Assembly: GCA_032718475.1 (NCBI GenBank) | Contig: JAUCBJ010000005.1 | Location: 2,390-66,389 of the forward strand | Source of the DNA: Nemertoderma westbladi | Taxonomy: Eukaryota; Animalia; Xenacoelomorpha | Direction of reading: 5' to 3' | Length of the DNA stretch: 64,000 bases | Part shown: in pieces, positions 1-13,676 of the stretch | Layout: each line of letters begins with the position of its first letter | Position numbering within the stretch: position 1 is the first letter of the stretch | Notes under the pieces: model-generated | What the model saw: the letters and a program-made list of their open reading frames with translations, nothing else | Told to the model about the DNA's origin: nothing | Databases searched by the model: none | Translations under genes and position numbers: made by a program

Positions 1-1142
1 GCCAAATTTGGCTAAACGAAATTTTTTAATGAAACTTGCAAATTTATCCGCGCACAAAGTCTAGGGAGAACATTTGAAGATTTCAGTCGCCTTCACTCCG
101 AATTTAACCATTTAGTGCTAGAAGTTTCCAAATTGGGGCAAAAATCCACATTTGGTGGCCAATTTGGAAATGTTGGGCAACTAAATTGAAAAAACAAAAG
201 CGTACAAAATTCTTAGAATAACAAAAACTACAAACGTGGCAAATTTCAGAGAATATAATTCCTAGGAAGTTGTAAAACGCCCCGAGTAAGCTCCACTTTC
301 TATATACTAATGTTGGAACGCCTACGCCCGGTGTGGGAGAATCCTCACGAAGGATCCTCCCACGTTGTGTTGTTTTTAGGTTTACATAAGAACCGCATAT
401 CCAACTAGCTTGCGTTTAAGAAATATATTTAAATACAAAACAGGACGAACGCAAAGAGGCTTATAATGAAAACGAGTACTGCGTTTATTATATTCCTATA
501 AACCACCTGGCTTTGCATATTTAACGTGCGATTGGAAATAAGTTCGTGCTACCCTTCCGTGGGTGGTAGATGTCGCGGTTATGTATTGGTGGTTGGGAAG
601 GGTGGGGGGGGGGGGGGGGGGGGATTAAAAGGGGTGAACACGTACTGTCCACCTTTCTTTGATTGATTGGTGGTGTGGGTAAATTTCTCAAAACCTGATT
701 TTGTGATACAGTCGCTGCATTTTAATTTGTATATAATAACTAGGCCTCGTGCTGCGCGAAGTCCCCACGAACGTGTTTTATTTTGTTTATTGACAACTCA
801 ACTATTTTCTGCCTATCCCTGAGAGCTGATAAAGGATGTGTAGACTCAGACAGCAGCCAGCAGCAGGAGGGGTGTAGTCAAGAAATTCTGCCTTGATGGA
901 ATTCTATCTCAGGCAGCCCTGAACTCAACCATATTCCTACACAGCTAGCTGCTGCAGCAGCTCAGGGAGGAGTTGTTACTTTACCATTGCCTTTAATTTC
1001 GCGACAAAATAATTTCAAAAAAACGAAATATATCGAATACCACACATTGAATTGATCTGATATTTTGTAACGCGATTATGAATCACCAAAGCAATTTACT
1101 TGTAAAATTTCAACAAAATCGCCAGGCAGGAAGTGCCTGAAC

Positions 1143-3375
1143 CGAGAGAAAGCCGCCCCAATATTAGATTATTACAACAACATCCATTGGGTAAGAAAGT
1201 GGGGGAGAGCCAGCCCGTCTCTTAATTTTTTACTTTATATTACGCGATCAATTTTCACTCATCTCGTCATGAACCCAACATGTATGTAACCTTTTGTTAA
1301 ATTTGTTGGCTATGCGTTTGCGGTTGTTTGGGCGGAGTGTGGTAGGCCTACACTTTTCACACTTAAATATTTTGGTTGTGAAATGTTACAGGGCATAGCT
1401 ATCAGAGATATTTCATTTATATTTTATTATGAGAGGAAGATGACATACAACGTTATTTACTATGTAACAAAATAATTGTTTTCGGGTTTAACTTGGAAGC
1501 CTCCCCAAATAGTTGATATACAATTATATTTAAAATTATTTCCATGGTCATGGTCATTCACCCGTCTTTAGTTAGAAATTTGTTTGCATGAAAGACAGTT
1601 TAGTTTAGTTTTTACTGATTTATTATCTTTTATCTGACTGGGGTAATAATAAAGGATAGGATAAATGGAAGCAAAGTGTGACAGTAACAAATATTTCCCC
1701 GTCACCCTAGCATGTCTTAATTATATGATATATCAAAGGGGGAAGTTTGGATTCACTGCATAAATGCAGTTCACCAAACTTCCCCCGAATGCACACTGTA
1801 ACTTCCCCCTTCCAACAAAAATGTTCACTATTTAAGTGCATTTTGCACTAAGTGCACATAAGTCTTTTCCCACAGACTACAATCTATCCTCTATCCAATG
1901 AAAAAAGTTTCAGATCAAGTTAGTTAGGTTTCAGTAAAGTTAGTTAGGTTTCAGTAGAACCGAAGTTATTGATGTTTAAAAATAGTCACTCGAAAATTTC
2001 AAATTCTCTTGGTCGCATAGTCTAGTGGTTATCAATCACGTTAATGAAACCTACGTTCGCGGGTTCGAAATCCAATATTGACCTGACCATTCTTATTTTT
2101 TTTGCAAAAAAAATTATTTTTATTTTTTCACTAAAATCGCTCTAACTTCGGTTCTGGTTGTCCAAATTCAATAAAATTGGTAGATTCTTTGCCGTAATTT
2201 TTTTCTTAATCTTTTGAGAAGGGGTTATTTTTGGCCCCAAAAATTTTTTATAAGTATTAAACCTTTTTATAAATATTATATTTCACACGATCGCCTGCCG
2301 CTCCAGTTTTATAATATCTCCGGCGCTGTGATTAACGCTGTTAGATAGATAATTTAACGCACTATAAGTCTGTGTAAACAAATCTCCCGTAAGTTAAGTA
2401 GTTTTCGAGCTAGACGATTTCCCGTGAAGCAAGTTTGAAGCGCGAAATTATAATTTCGGCCCTCATTTTTTTAATATCATACTTGGAGCAAAACCGATAG
2501 CATATTTGAATTCCCCGTATGGATATTGACTGTATAGAATGTACCTTAACCAACTAAAGTTAAAAATAAAAAATTATTCGATAAAAACTACTTTACAAAT
2601 TCTGGCCCTTTTTGGCCCCTATTGCCGACATATTTTTTGTACCCCCATTCGATAGGAACGTAGCCCCAATGGTCTTCTACGAGTTTCATAAAAGAATTAG
2701 TGGATTCCTACCCGCGTTGTCGAATTAAACATTTCGGAAATAAGTTTTCCAAAAAAGACGGACAAAAACGTACAAATTTACAGCCCCTTTTTCCACCCGA
2801 AATTTTAATAAATATCTTACCCCCATTCGATACGAAGGTAGTACAACTCTTCCCCTTTCCAACCGCGTTACTTTCGTCCCCGTACGATTAATATTAGCCG
2901 AGTTATAGCGGATCCCGCAAAGTCATTTTGTCCGTTTTTTCAACTTTGACGGACATTTTCGGAAAAAAGGCGTGGTAATCTTTTTTGGAAAAAAAAAACG
3001 AATTCACTAATTAATCCCTTCTATCGTATCCCGGCGTCGGCTAAGCAATAACCTAGGGTTTTTTCGAGCCACTGTAGAGCGCCTTTCAAAAAAATTTTAA
3101 AATTGTCGAAAAAATGACGGATTTTTGTCCGCCGTGTCCGTCGAAGGGTTAGATTTAATAATGTTAGAGTTGCTAATATCTTAGAATTCCGAGCCGCTCC
3201 CCTGGTGAGAAAATAAAAAAATTTGGTCAGTTCCTTCATCGAAAAGTCCCCCAGAATCCCAAGTTAACCTATATAGTTAGCGATGGCCTGCGGCTTTAGG
3301 AGCGGCCGCGGTATTCACCTCCCTCATAGCGGCCGCGGCGGTGTTGCGTCAAATGGAGAAATATTTATCCCACCT
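1143..3375. mobile_element. Dispersed repeat, internally deleted copy of the element at 53.5-56.6 kb
   Basis: Near-identical to 53540-56567 (identical 72-aa ORF translations at 3021 and 56212). Lacks ~640 bp near 1815 and ~170 bp near 2250. Confidence 0.85.
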
Positions 3376-6161
3376 AGATAATTATCAGTGAGTCAGTCAG
3401 TCAGTCAGTGTTATGTATCCTGAGATTTTTACAGTAAGTATCCCTGAGATTCTTACAGTAAGTATCCCGCCTGTCGAGCGGGCTCCTAATAATAAACACT
3501 AATCAAAATTGGAACTGTGTAATAACCCCCGCCAATTGGCTTCTCGGTTGCTGTTGTTACAGGTTATCACTCTAGTTATTCTCCAGTGCTGTTTATTAAT
3601 ATCTGTAGGTATATATTGTTATACAGTATATGGCTTGTTAATCCATGTTGTAGAACATAAACACCATTGTAGTACGTTGTCGCCGCCCCGTAAACCAGTG
3701 GTTTGTGTGGTTTACTAGATCTATGGAACATGTCATGATTCATATTGTGCATAGTCGTTATTAATGGTGAAATCAATATTGGTGACGTATACTGTATCTC
3801 CAACCATAATACTTATATTGTATTAGTGTTGCGTTGAAATAAATGAAAATGATCATTATACTGTACTATTAGTTGTTTTTAAAATAACAACAATTTTGAA
3901 TAGTGGGACTACTTCTTTTTTTCATGAAAATTTACTCAGCTTAAGAAATTTTCATTTCTCAAGAGTTGGTAGATATTTTTTTGACTTACAATCCAAATTT
4001 CGTAGGATTTCATTGGACGATTACAAAATTAATATTTTGGAAATTGTCAAAAAAAATTATTAATCCTATCATGTGACAACTTTAGTGAAGATTTCAAATC
4101 TGCAAGCAGTTTTCTCATATCTTTTTGCAAACTCAAAATGATTAGTCAAAACATAAGAACTAGACTGTTTTTGACAAGCCTTCGAGCAGCACGATATTTT
4201 ACAATTGAATGAGGCCCTTTCCATAAAAAAGGCTCCCACGGTACGGATATGAATACAATTGCTAAAAAGTAGTTTTACTACAGTAGTTATATTTTTATAT
4301 TATTATAGATATGGGTAATTCGTTATATTTTTATATTATTATAGATACACCCCACTCGGGGTAATTCGTTATATTTTTAGCAAGGATGAAATATTTCGTT
4401 GAATTTCATTAGTTTTTGTCAAAGTTATTGTACAAATTAAAATGACTTTATCTAAAATATAAGGTTTGAACTGTTCCTTAAACTTTAAACACCCATTTAT
4501 CTCAGAATGTCCTTTTTTTCATGAAAAAGGCTATTCTCCGCTAATTTTATTTGAAATGATGTTCATTTGTTCAGAATATATTTCTCCATAAATGCTTCTG
4601 TACAAATTGTTCTCAAAATACCCTGGAGACTTTTATATCAAAAAGATCCAAAAAATAGGCCTTTTTAGGGCTATTATTATTTTTTTTAATTTAATTTTAT
4701 TTTATTCATTGGGCCATTTTATTCTAAAATGGCCCAGTCCATTTTGAGCTAAAAACATTCAGAAAAATTAGATGCAATGGGTCTTCTGAAGTTATAATCT
4801 AAATTTCTAAAAATTCCTGCAAATATTGATATAGCCCTTGGCGCAAAAAGGCACTTTCGGCCATTACAGAGCCATATTGTGGCATATTGTGGCAAATTTG
4901 GCAAACATTTGGGATGAGTTTGACTATTCTTAATCAGCCCAGATCACGTTTACTAGCACAAATTAAATTTTAACCCAATTTTAGGTTCTAGAAACACCAA
5001 AATGTGAGGTTACATTGCCGGGTGCTACCTGATACACTCCCCCCCCCCCCGAACGAAAGAAAATAGAAATTACGAAATATCTAATATAATTTCCAATTCT
5101 ACAATAATATTATAATAATATACAGAGATTCTATATAAATGAAATTGCAATAAATTAATTCAATAGGAAATCATAATTATTATAATTACTAACAAATAAA
5201 TTAAATATTAAGTACCGGTACTCAATTCAACACAAATAATATAATTAATTTGTGCAGCACATAAAAAAGCCAAACGCCAAAATACAAGAAATTATAGATG
5301 TTAATTATTATTAATTAACCAACAATTAATTGTAATCAAGCTAAACAGGAATGAAGACGTTTTACCGCATAGATAATTAACTAATTACTTTCAGTTTACC
5401 GACAACCGACAGTCTATATCGCCTCAAGAAGACCCGCGGTCTACTTTCAGATATGACTGACAGTCAATGTTGTGGGAAATATGAAAGAAACGATTGAAAC
5501 ACAATGAAATATTAAGAAAATCCTGGCTCCTCAGTGATGATGTTGATAAGGATGTTAGCGAACATTGTTGTCCAGTATATTAGGATATAGACCCGCCCAA
5601 AGACTGCCTAATACCAATGATTTATAATAATTATAACAAATAACACATAAATTTCTCACATATTCGCACATTCATTAGTAAAACACACTAAATTATTGTT
5701 ATGTAACACAATGCTAAATTATTGATTGCAATAAATTAAAATTATATTTGGAGTGGCTAACATTTAGAACCGCTATTGAGGAAGGATTTACAGCCACTAT
5801 AGGCGTTATAGGAAGGGGATTCAGGTGTGACATTATTGAATCGTTCATATAGAGCCATTACATGGTTCCAGTATTATAAAGAAATAAACAGCCCTGCCCA
5901 TAAAGTACAATATTAAATATCCCATTAAATAAAATATGTACGCAGGTGTTGCGAAGTGAGAATAAACTTTCGAAATATTACTCGGGCCGTCAGGAAATTG
6001 GTGGTGAGTTGCATAGTGAGTACCGAGTTCGCATTTCAGGGCTGAATTCTAAAGATAAAGGGGGGGGGGGGGGGGGGGGGGGGTATTACAAAGGAATCAG
6101 AATTCATATCCATACAGGGGAATACCAACTCAAATAACATATTATTACACCCAAAAATATA

Positions 6162-7620
6162 ACTGTAACCTGTACCATTGACTTTAGTTTAGTGTTTTGG
6201 TTAGAATAACGCGCCACTGTAACCTGTACCAACGACTTTAGTTTATTGTTTTGGTTAGAATAACGCGCCACTGTAACCTGTACCATTGACTTTAGTTTAG
6301 TGTTTTGGTTAGAATAACGCGCCACTGTAACCTGTACCATTGACTTTAGTTTAGTGTTTTGGTTAGAATAACGCGCCACTGTAACCTGTACCATTGACTT
6401 TAGTTTATTGTTTTGGTTAGAATAACGCGCCACTGTAACCTGTACCAACGACTTTAGTTTATTGTTTTGGTTAGAATAACGCGCCACTGTAACCTGTACC
6501 ATTGACTTTAGTTTAGTGTTTTGGTTAGAATAACGCGCCACTGTAACCTGTACCATTGACTTTAGTTTAGTGTTTTGGTTAGAATAACGCGCCACTGTAA
6601 CCTGTACCATTGACTTTAGTTTAGTGTTTTGGTTAGAATAACGCGCCACTGTAACCTGTACCATTGACTTTAGTTTAGTGTTTTGGTTAGAATAACGCGC
6701 CACTGTAACCTGTACCATTGACTTTAGTTTAGTGTTTTGGTTAGAATAACGCGCCACTGTAACCTGTACCAACGACTTTAGTTTATTGTTTTGGTTAGAA
6801 TAACGCGCCACTGTAACCTGTACCATTGACTTTAGTTTAGTGTTTTGGTTAGAATAACGCGCCACTGTAACCTGTACCATTGACTTTAGTTTAGTGTTTT
6901 GGTTAGAATAACGCGCCACTGTAACCTGTACCATTGACTTTAGTTTAGTGTTTTGGTTAGAATAACGCGCCACTGTAACCTGTACCATTGACTTTAGTTT
7001 AGTGTTTTGGTTAGAATAACGCGCCACTGTAACCTGTACCATTGACTTTAGTTTAGTGTTTTGGTTAGAATAACGCGCCACTGTAACCTGTACCATTGAC
7101 TTTAGTTTAGTGTTTTGGTTAGAATAACGCGCCACTGTAACCTGTACCATTGACTTTAGTTTAGTGTTTTGGTTAGAATAACGCGCCACTGTAACCTGTA
7201 CCATTGACTTTAGTTTAGTGTTTTGGTTAGAATAACGCGCCACTGTAACCTGTACCATTGACTTTAGTTTAGTGTTTTGGTTAGAATAACGCGCCACTGT
7301 AACCTGTACCATTGACTTTAGTTTAGTGTTTTGGTTAGAATAACGCGCCACTGTAACCTGTACCATTGACTTTAGTTTAGTGTTTTGGTTAGAATAACGC
7401 GCCACTGTAACCTGTACCATTGACTTTAGTTTAGTGTTTTGGTTAGAATAACGCGCCACTGTAACCTGTACCATTGACTTTAGTTTAGTGTTTTGGTTAG
7501 AATAACGCGCCACTGTAACCTGTACCATTGACTTTAGTTTAGTGTTTTGGTTAGAATAACGCGCCACTGTAACCTGTACCATTGACTTTAGTTTAGTGTT
7601 TTGGTTAGAATAATAACCTG
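6162..7620. repeat. 54-bp tandem array (~27 copies) inside a small dispersed element
   Basis: Unit ctgtaacctgtaccattgactttagtttagtgttttggttagaataacgcgcca, nearly invariant. Confidence 0.97.
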
Positions 7621-7827
7621 TTCCTTTCTATCCATTGACAACTTCACATTGAGACGAAATAATTTATTCGTATAGATAACCCCCCACCCGCCCCGCCCCG
7701 CCGCCTCCAAAATGAATGGGAACAGATAGTAAAATCCAAAAGCCGAACTAAAGTTCTATTTGAATCCCTAGGAGAATCCATGACATACTGTTTCCATGAC
7801 AACTATTGAAGGTCAAAGGAACTGCTA

Positions 7828-8004
7828 TTATAGCCGTTTAAGGAAGGATATATGCAAAGCCTCAGGAACTTGAATTGTTTCCAAGCCAACGGGACTCGGA
7901 GAGAATGGGAAATTGACAGGAAACACGTAGTCTGATTGCATCATCATCTGTGGCTTCTGTCCGCCACTGACGCCACCTTGTCTGCCACTTAGGATTTCTT
8001 CGAC
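7828..8004 (-). CDS. MYO5: Myosin V, last coding exon (not in ORF track)
   Basis: Read by hand: VEEILSGRQ..QMMMQSDYVFPVNFPFSPSPVGLETIQVPEALHISFLKRL*, matching the MyoV C-terminal pattern FPVxFPFxPS..LETIQxP. Acceptor tatttcag ends at 8005; TAA at 7830-7828. Confidence 0.92.
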   Translation of the reverse strand, partial: VEEILSGRQGGVSGGQKPQMMMQSDYVFPVNFPFSPSPVGLETIQVPEALHISFLKRL

Positions 8005-8099
8005 CTGAAATAGAATGAAAATTTAATAATTTTGTAAATGAGTTTTTGAAAAGAAAGAATTTAGTTCGTCACCAAGACAACGACAGAGCTGAATGCTGT

Positions 8100-11000
8100 G
8101 TTTTTACCGGTACCGCTATATTTACCGGTACCGCTATATTTACCGCTACCGCCATATTTACCGGTACCGCTATCTTTTCCGGTACCGCTATCTTTACCGG
8201 TACCGCCATATTTACCGGTACCGCTATCTTTTCCGGTACCGCTATCTTTACCGGTACCGCTATCTTTACCGGTACCGCTATCTTTACCGGTACCACTATA
8301 TTTACCGGTACCGTTATCTTTACCGGTACCGCTATCTATACTGGTACCGCTATCTTTACCGGTACCGCTATATTTACCGGTACCGCTATCTTTACCGGTA
8401 CCACTATGTTTACCGGTACCGTCATCTTTACCGGTACCGCTATATTTACCGGTACCGCTATATTTACCGGTACCGCTATCTTTACCGGTACCACTATATT
8501 TACCGGTACCGTTATCTTTACCGGCACCGCTATCTATACTGGTACCGCTATCTTTACCGGTACCGCTATCTTTACCGGTACCGCTATCTTTACCGGTACC
8601 ACTATGTTTACCGGTACCGTCATCTTTACCGGTACCGCTATCTTTACCGGTACCAGTATATTTTCCAGTAGCGGTATCTTTACCGGTACCGCTATCTTTA
8701 CCGGTACCGCTATCTTTACCAGAACCGCTATCTTTACCGGTACCGCTATCTTTACCGGTACCACTATGTTTACCGGTACCGTTATCTTTACCGGTACCGC
8801 TATCTTTACTGGTACCGCTATCTTTACCGGTACCGCTATCTTTACCGGTACCGCTATCTTTACCGGTACCACTATGTTTACCGGTACCGTCATCTTTACC
8901 GGTACCGCTATCTTTACCGGTACCAGTATATTTTCCAGTAGCGGTATCTTTACCGGTACCGCTATATTTACCGGTACCGTTATCTTTACCGGTACCGCTA
9001 TCTTTACCGGTACCGCTATCTTTACCGGTACCACTACGTTTACCGGTACCACTATGTTTACCGGTACCGCTATATTTACCGGTACCGCTATATTTACCGG
9101 TACCAGTATATTTTCCAGTAGCGGTATCTTTACCGGTACCGCTATCTTTACCGGTACCACTATGTTTACCGGTACCGTCATCTTTACCGGTACCGCTATC
9201 TTTACCGGTACCGCTATATTTACCGGTACCGCTATATTTACCGGTACCGCTATCTTTACCGGTACCGCTATATTTACCGGTACCGCTATATTTACCGGTA
9301 CCGCTATATTTACCGGTACCTCTATCTTTACCGGTACCGCTATATTTACCGGTACCGCTATCTATACTGGTACCGCTATCTTTACCGGTACCGCTATATT
9401 TACCGGTACCGCTATCTTTACCGGTACCGCTATATTTACCGGTACCGCTATATTTACCGGTACCGCTATCTTTACCGGTACCGCTATATTTACCGGTACC
9501 GCTATATTTACCGGTACCGCTATATTTACCGGTACCTCTATCTTTACCGGTACCGCTATCTTTACCAGTACCGATATCTTTACCGGTACCGCTATCTTTA
9601 CTGGTACCGCTATCTTTACCAGTACCGCTATCTTTACCGGTACCACTATGTTTACCGGCACCGCTATCTTTACCAGTACCGATATCTTTACCGGTACCGC
9701 TATCTTTACTGGTACCGCTATCTTTACCGGTACCAGTATGTTAACCGTACCGCTATAATTACCGGTACCTCTATATTTACCGGTACCGCTATCTTTACCG
9801 GTACCGCTATCTATACTGGTACCGCTATCTTTACCGGTACCGCTATATTTACCGGTACCGCTATCTTTACCGGTACCGCTATATTTACCGGTACCGCTAT
9901 ATTTACCGGTACCGCTATATTTACCGGTACCGCTATATTTACCGGTACCTCTATCTTTACCGGTACCGCTATCTTTACCAGTACCGATATCTTTACCGGT
10001 ACCGCTATCTTTACTGGTACCGCTATCTTTACCAGTACCGCTATCTTTACCGGTACCACTATGTTTACCGGCACCGCTATCTTTACCAGTACCGATATCT
10101 TTACCGGTACCGCTATCTTTACTGGTACCGCTATCTTTACCGGTACCAGTATGTTTACCGGTACCGCTATATTTACCGGTACCGCTATATTTACCGGTAC
10201 CGCTATCTTTACCGGTACCGCTATATTTACCGGTACCGCTATCTTTACCGGTACCGCTATCTATACTGGTACCGCTATCTTTACCGGTACCGCTATATTT
10301 ACCGGTACCGCTATCTTTACCGGTACCGCTATCTTTACCGGTACCGCTATCTTTACCAGTACCGCTATCTTTACCGGTACCACTATGTTTACCGGTACCG
10401 CTATCTTTACCAGTACCGATATCTTTACCGGTACCGCTATCTTTACTGGTACCGCTATCTTTACCGGTACCAGTATGTTTACCGGTACCGCTATATTTAC
10501 CGGTACCGCTATATTTACCGGTACCGCTATCTTTACAGGTACCGCTATATTTAACGGTACCGCTATCTTTACCGGTACCGCTATCTTTACCGGTACCACA
10601 ATGTTTACCGGTACCGTCATCTTTACCGGTACCGCTATCTTTACCGGTACCAGTATATTTTCCAGTAGCGGTATCTTTACCGGTACCGCTATCTTTACCG
10701 GTACCGCTATCTTTACCGGTACCACTATGTTTACCGGTATCGCTATATTTACCGGTACCGGTAAACATAGTGGTACCGCTATCTTTACCGGTACCGCTAT
10801 GTTTACCGGTACCGCTAACTTTACCAGTACCGCTATATTTACCGGTACCGCTATATTTACCGGTACCGCTATCTTTACCGGTACCGCTATATTTACCGGT
10901 ACCGCTATCTTTACCGGTACCGCTATCTATACTGGTACCGCTATCTTTACCGGTACCGCTATCTTTACTGGTACCGCTATCTTTACCAGTACCGCTATCT

Positions 11001-13463
11001 TTACCGGTACCACTATGTTTACCGGCACCGCTATCTTTACCAGTACCGATATCTTTACCGGTACCGCTATCTTTACTGGTACCGCTATCTTTACCGGTAC
11101 CAGTATGTTTACCGGTACCGCTATATTTACCGGTACCGCTATATTTACCGGTACCGCTATCTTTACCGGTACCGCTATATTTACCGGTACCGCTATCTTT
11201 ACCGGTACCGCTATCTATACTGGTACCGCTATCTTTACCGGTACCGCTATATTTACCGGTACCGCTATCTTTACCGGTACCGCTATCTTTACCGGTACCG
11301 CTATCTTTACCAGTACCGCTATCTTTACCGGTACCACTATGTTTACCGGTACCGCTATCTTTACCAGTACCGATATCTTTACCGGTACCGCTATCTTTAC
11401 TGGTACCGCTATCTTTACCGGTACCAGTATGTTTACCGGTACCGCTATATTTACCGGTACCGCTATATTTACCGGTACCGCTATATTTACAGGTACCGCT
11501 ATATTTAACGGTACCGCTATCTTTACCGGTACCGCTATCTTTACCGGTACCACAATGTTTACCGGTACCGTCATCTTTACCGGTACCGCTATCTTTACCG
11601 GTACCAGTATATTTTCCAGTAGCGGTATCTTTACCGGTACCGCTATCTTTACCGGTACCGCTATCTTTACCGGTACCGTATCTTTACGGTACCGCTATTT
11701 TACCGGTACCGCTATATTTACCGGTACCGCTATCTTTAACGGTACCGCTATCTTTACCAGTACCGCTATCTTTACCGGTACCACTATGTTTACCGGTACC
11801 GCTATATTTACCGGTACCACTCTGTTTACCGGTAACGCTATCTTTAACGGTACCGCTATATTTACCGGTACCGCTATCTTTACCGGTACCGCTATCTTTA
11901 CCGGTACCGCTATCTTTACCGGTACCGCAATCTTTACCGGTACCACTATGTTTACCGGTACCGCTAACTTTACCAGTACCGCTATCTTTACCGGTACCGC
12001 TATCTTTACTGGTACCGCTATCTTTACTGGTACCGCTATCTTTACCAGTACCGCTATCTTTACCGGTACCGATATCTTTACCGGTACCGCTATATTTACC
12101 GGTACCGCTATATTTACTGGTACCGCTATATTTACTGGTACCGCTATCTCTACAGGTACCGCTATATTTACTGGTACCGCTATCTTTACTGGTACCGCTA
12201 TCTTTACCGGTACCGCTATCTTTACCGGTTCCGCTATCTTTACCGGTACCGCTATATTTACCGGTACCGCTATCTTTACCGGTACCGCTATATTTACCGG
12301 TACCGCTATCTTTACCGGTACCACTATGTTTACCGGTACCGCTATCTTTACCAGTACCGCTATCTTTATCTTTACTTGTACCGCTATCTTTACCGGTACC
12401 ACTATGTTTACCGGTACCGCTATCTTTACCGGTACCGCTATCTTTACCGGTACCGCTATCTTTACCGGTACCGCTATATTTACCGGTACCGCTATCTTTA
12501 CCGGTACCGCTATCTCTACAGGTACCGCTATCTTTACCAGTACCGCTATCTTTATCTTTACTGGTACCGCTATCTTTACCGGTACCACTATGTTTACCGG
12601 TACCGCTATCTTTACCGGTACCGCTATATTTACTGGTACCGCTATCTTTACCGGTACCGCTATCTTTACCGGTACCGCTATCTTTACCGGTACCGCTATC
12701 TTTACCGGTACCGCTATCTCTACAGGTACCGCTATCTTTACCGGTACCGCTATCTTTACCGGTACCGCTATCTCTACAGGTACCGCTATTTTACTGGTAC
12801 CGCTACCTTTACTGGTACCGCTATCTTTACCGGTACCGCTATGTTTACCGGTACCGCTATATTTACCGGTACCGCTATATTTACCGGTACCGCTATATTT
12901 ACCGGTACCGCTATCTCTACAGGTAACGCTATATTTACCGGTACCGCTATCTTTACCGGTACCGCTATCTTTACCGGTACCGCTATATTTACTGGTACCG
13001 CTATCTTTACTGGTAACCGCTATCTTTACCAGTACCGCTATCTTTACCGGTACCGCTATATTTACCGGTACCGCCATCTTTATCGGTACCACTATGTTTA
13101 CCGGTACCGCTATCTTTACCGGTACCGCTATCTTTACCGGTACCGCTATCTTTACCGGTACCGCTATATTTACTGGTACGCTATCTTTACCGGTACCGCT
13201 ATCTTTACTGGTACCGCTATCTTTACCAGTACCGATATCTTTACCGGTACCGCTATATTTACCGGTACCGCCATCTTTACCGGTACCACTATATTTACTG
13301 GTACGCTATCTTTACCGGTACCGCTATCTTTACTGGTACCGCTATCTTTACCAGTACCGATATCTTTACCGGTACCGCTATATTTACCGGTACCGCCATC
13401 TTTACCGGTACCACTATGTTTACCGGTAACGCTATCTTAACCGGTACCAGTATATTTTCCAGT
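8100..13463. repeat. 18-bp satellite (~5.4 kb, ~300 units) filling the last myosin V intron
   Basis: Unit tttaccggtaccgctatc with overlapping ACCGGT/GGTACC palindromes; intron is 8005-13469. Confidence 0.98.
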
Positions 13464-13469
13464 ACTCAC

Positions 13470-13676
13470 CTGACGTAGAAATGCGACAGTTACTCTCTCT
13501 TCATACTCATTAACCGGTGTGTATATACTCAGAATCTTGGTTATCTGCGCCGTGTTCAATCTCGTACACATCCCACCAATACACACCGCATCATCAGGAG
13601 TCTTCTTACTCACTTGTAGCAGCTGAGATACCTGCACTAACGGTTCCAATACCTCAGATGTACCAGGGGCCCCGAC
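13470..13676 (-). CDS. MYO5: Myosin V, DIL domain exon
   Basis: [49 protein letters not shown]. Acceptor gatacag; donor CAG|GTGAGT; 69 codons. Confidence 0.93.

Noticed and set aside
596-625. Long poly-G/poly-C tracts (also 6060, 34605, 37260, 51930, 57435, 61947) as G-quadruplex regulators
   Set aside because: Mostly parts of repeat families, homopolymer lengths are unreliable in assemblies, and there is no positional pattern relative to genes.
3500-3830. Possible decayed Kelch-like coding remnant on the minus strand (GAATTYYNGVYV)
   Set aside because: Short, broken by stops and frameshifts; the similarity is too weak to support without a search.
6104-7582. 492-aa ORF (MVQVTVARYSNQNTKLKS)n
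   Set aside because: Translation of a 54-bp satellite derived from a non-coding MITE.
8046-13440. Long ORFs of (GTAIFT)n, (VPLSLP)n, (YRYRYL)n and (GTGKDS)n, up to 1122 aa, resembling antifreeze or beta-solenoid proteins
   Set aside because: An 18-bp unit lacking stops is open in most frames. The array has frameshifting indels and lies inside a well-defined myosin V intron.
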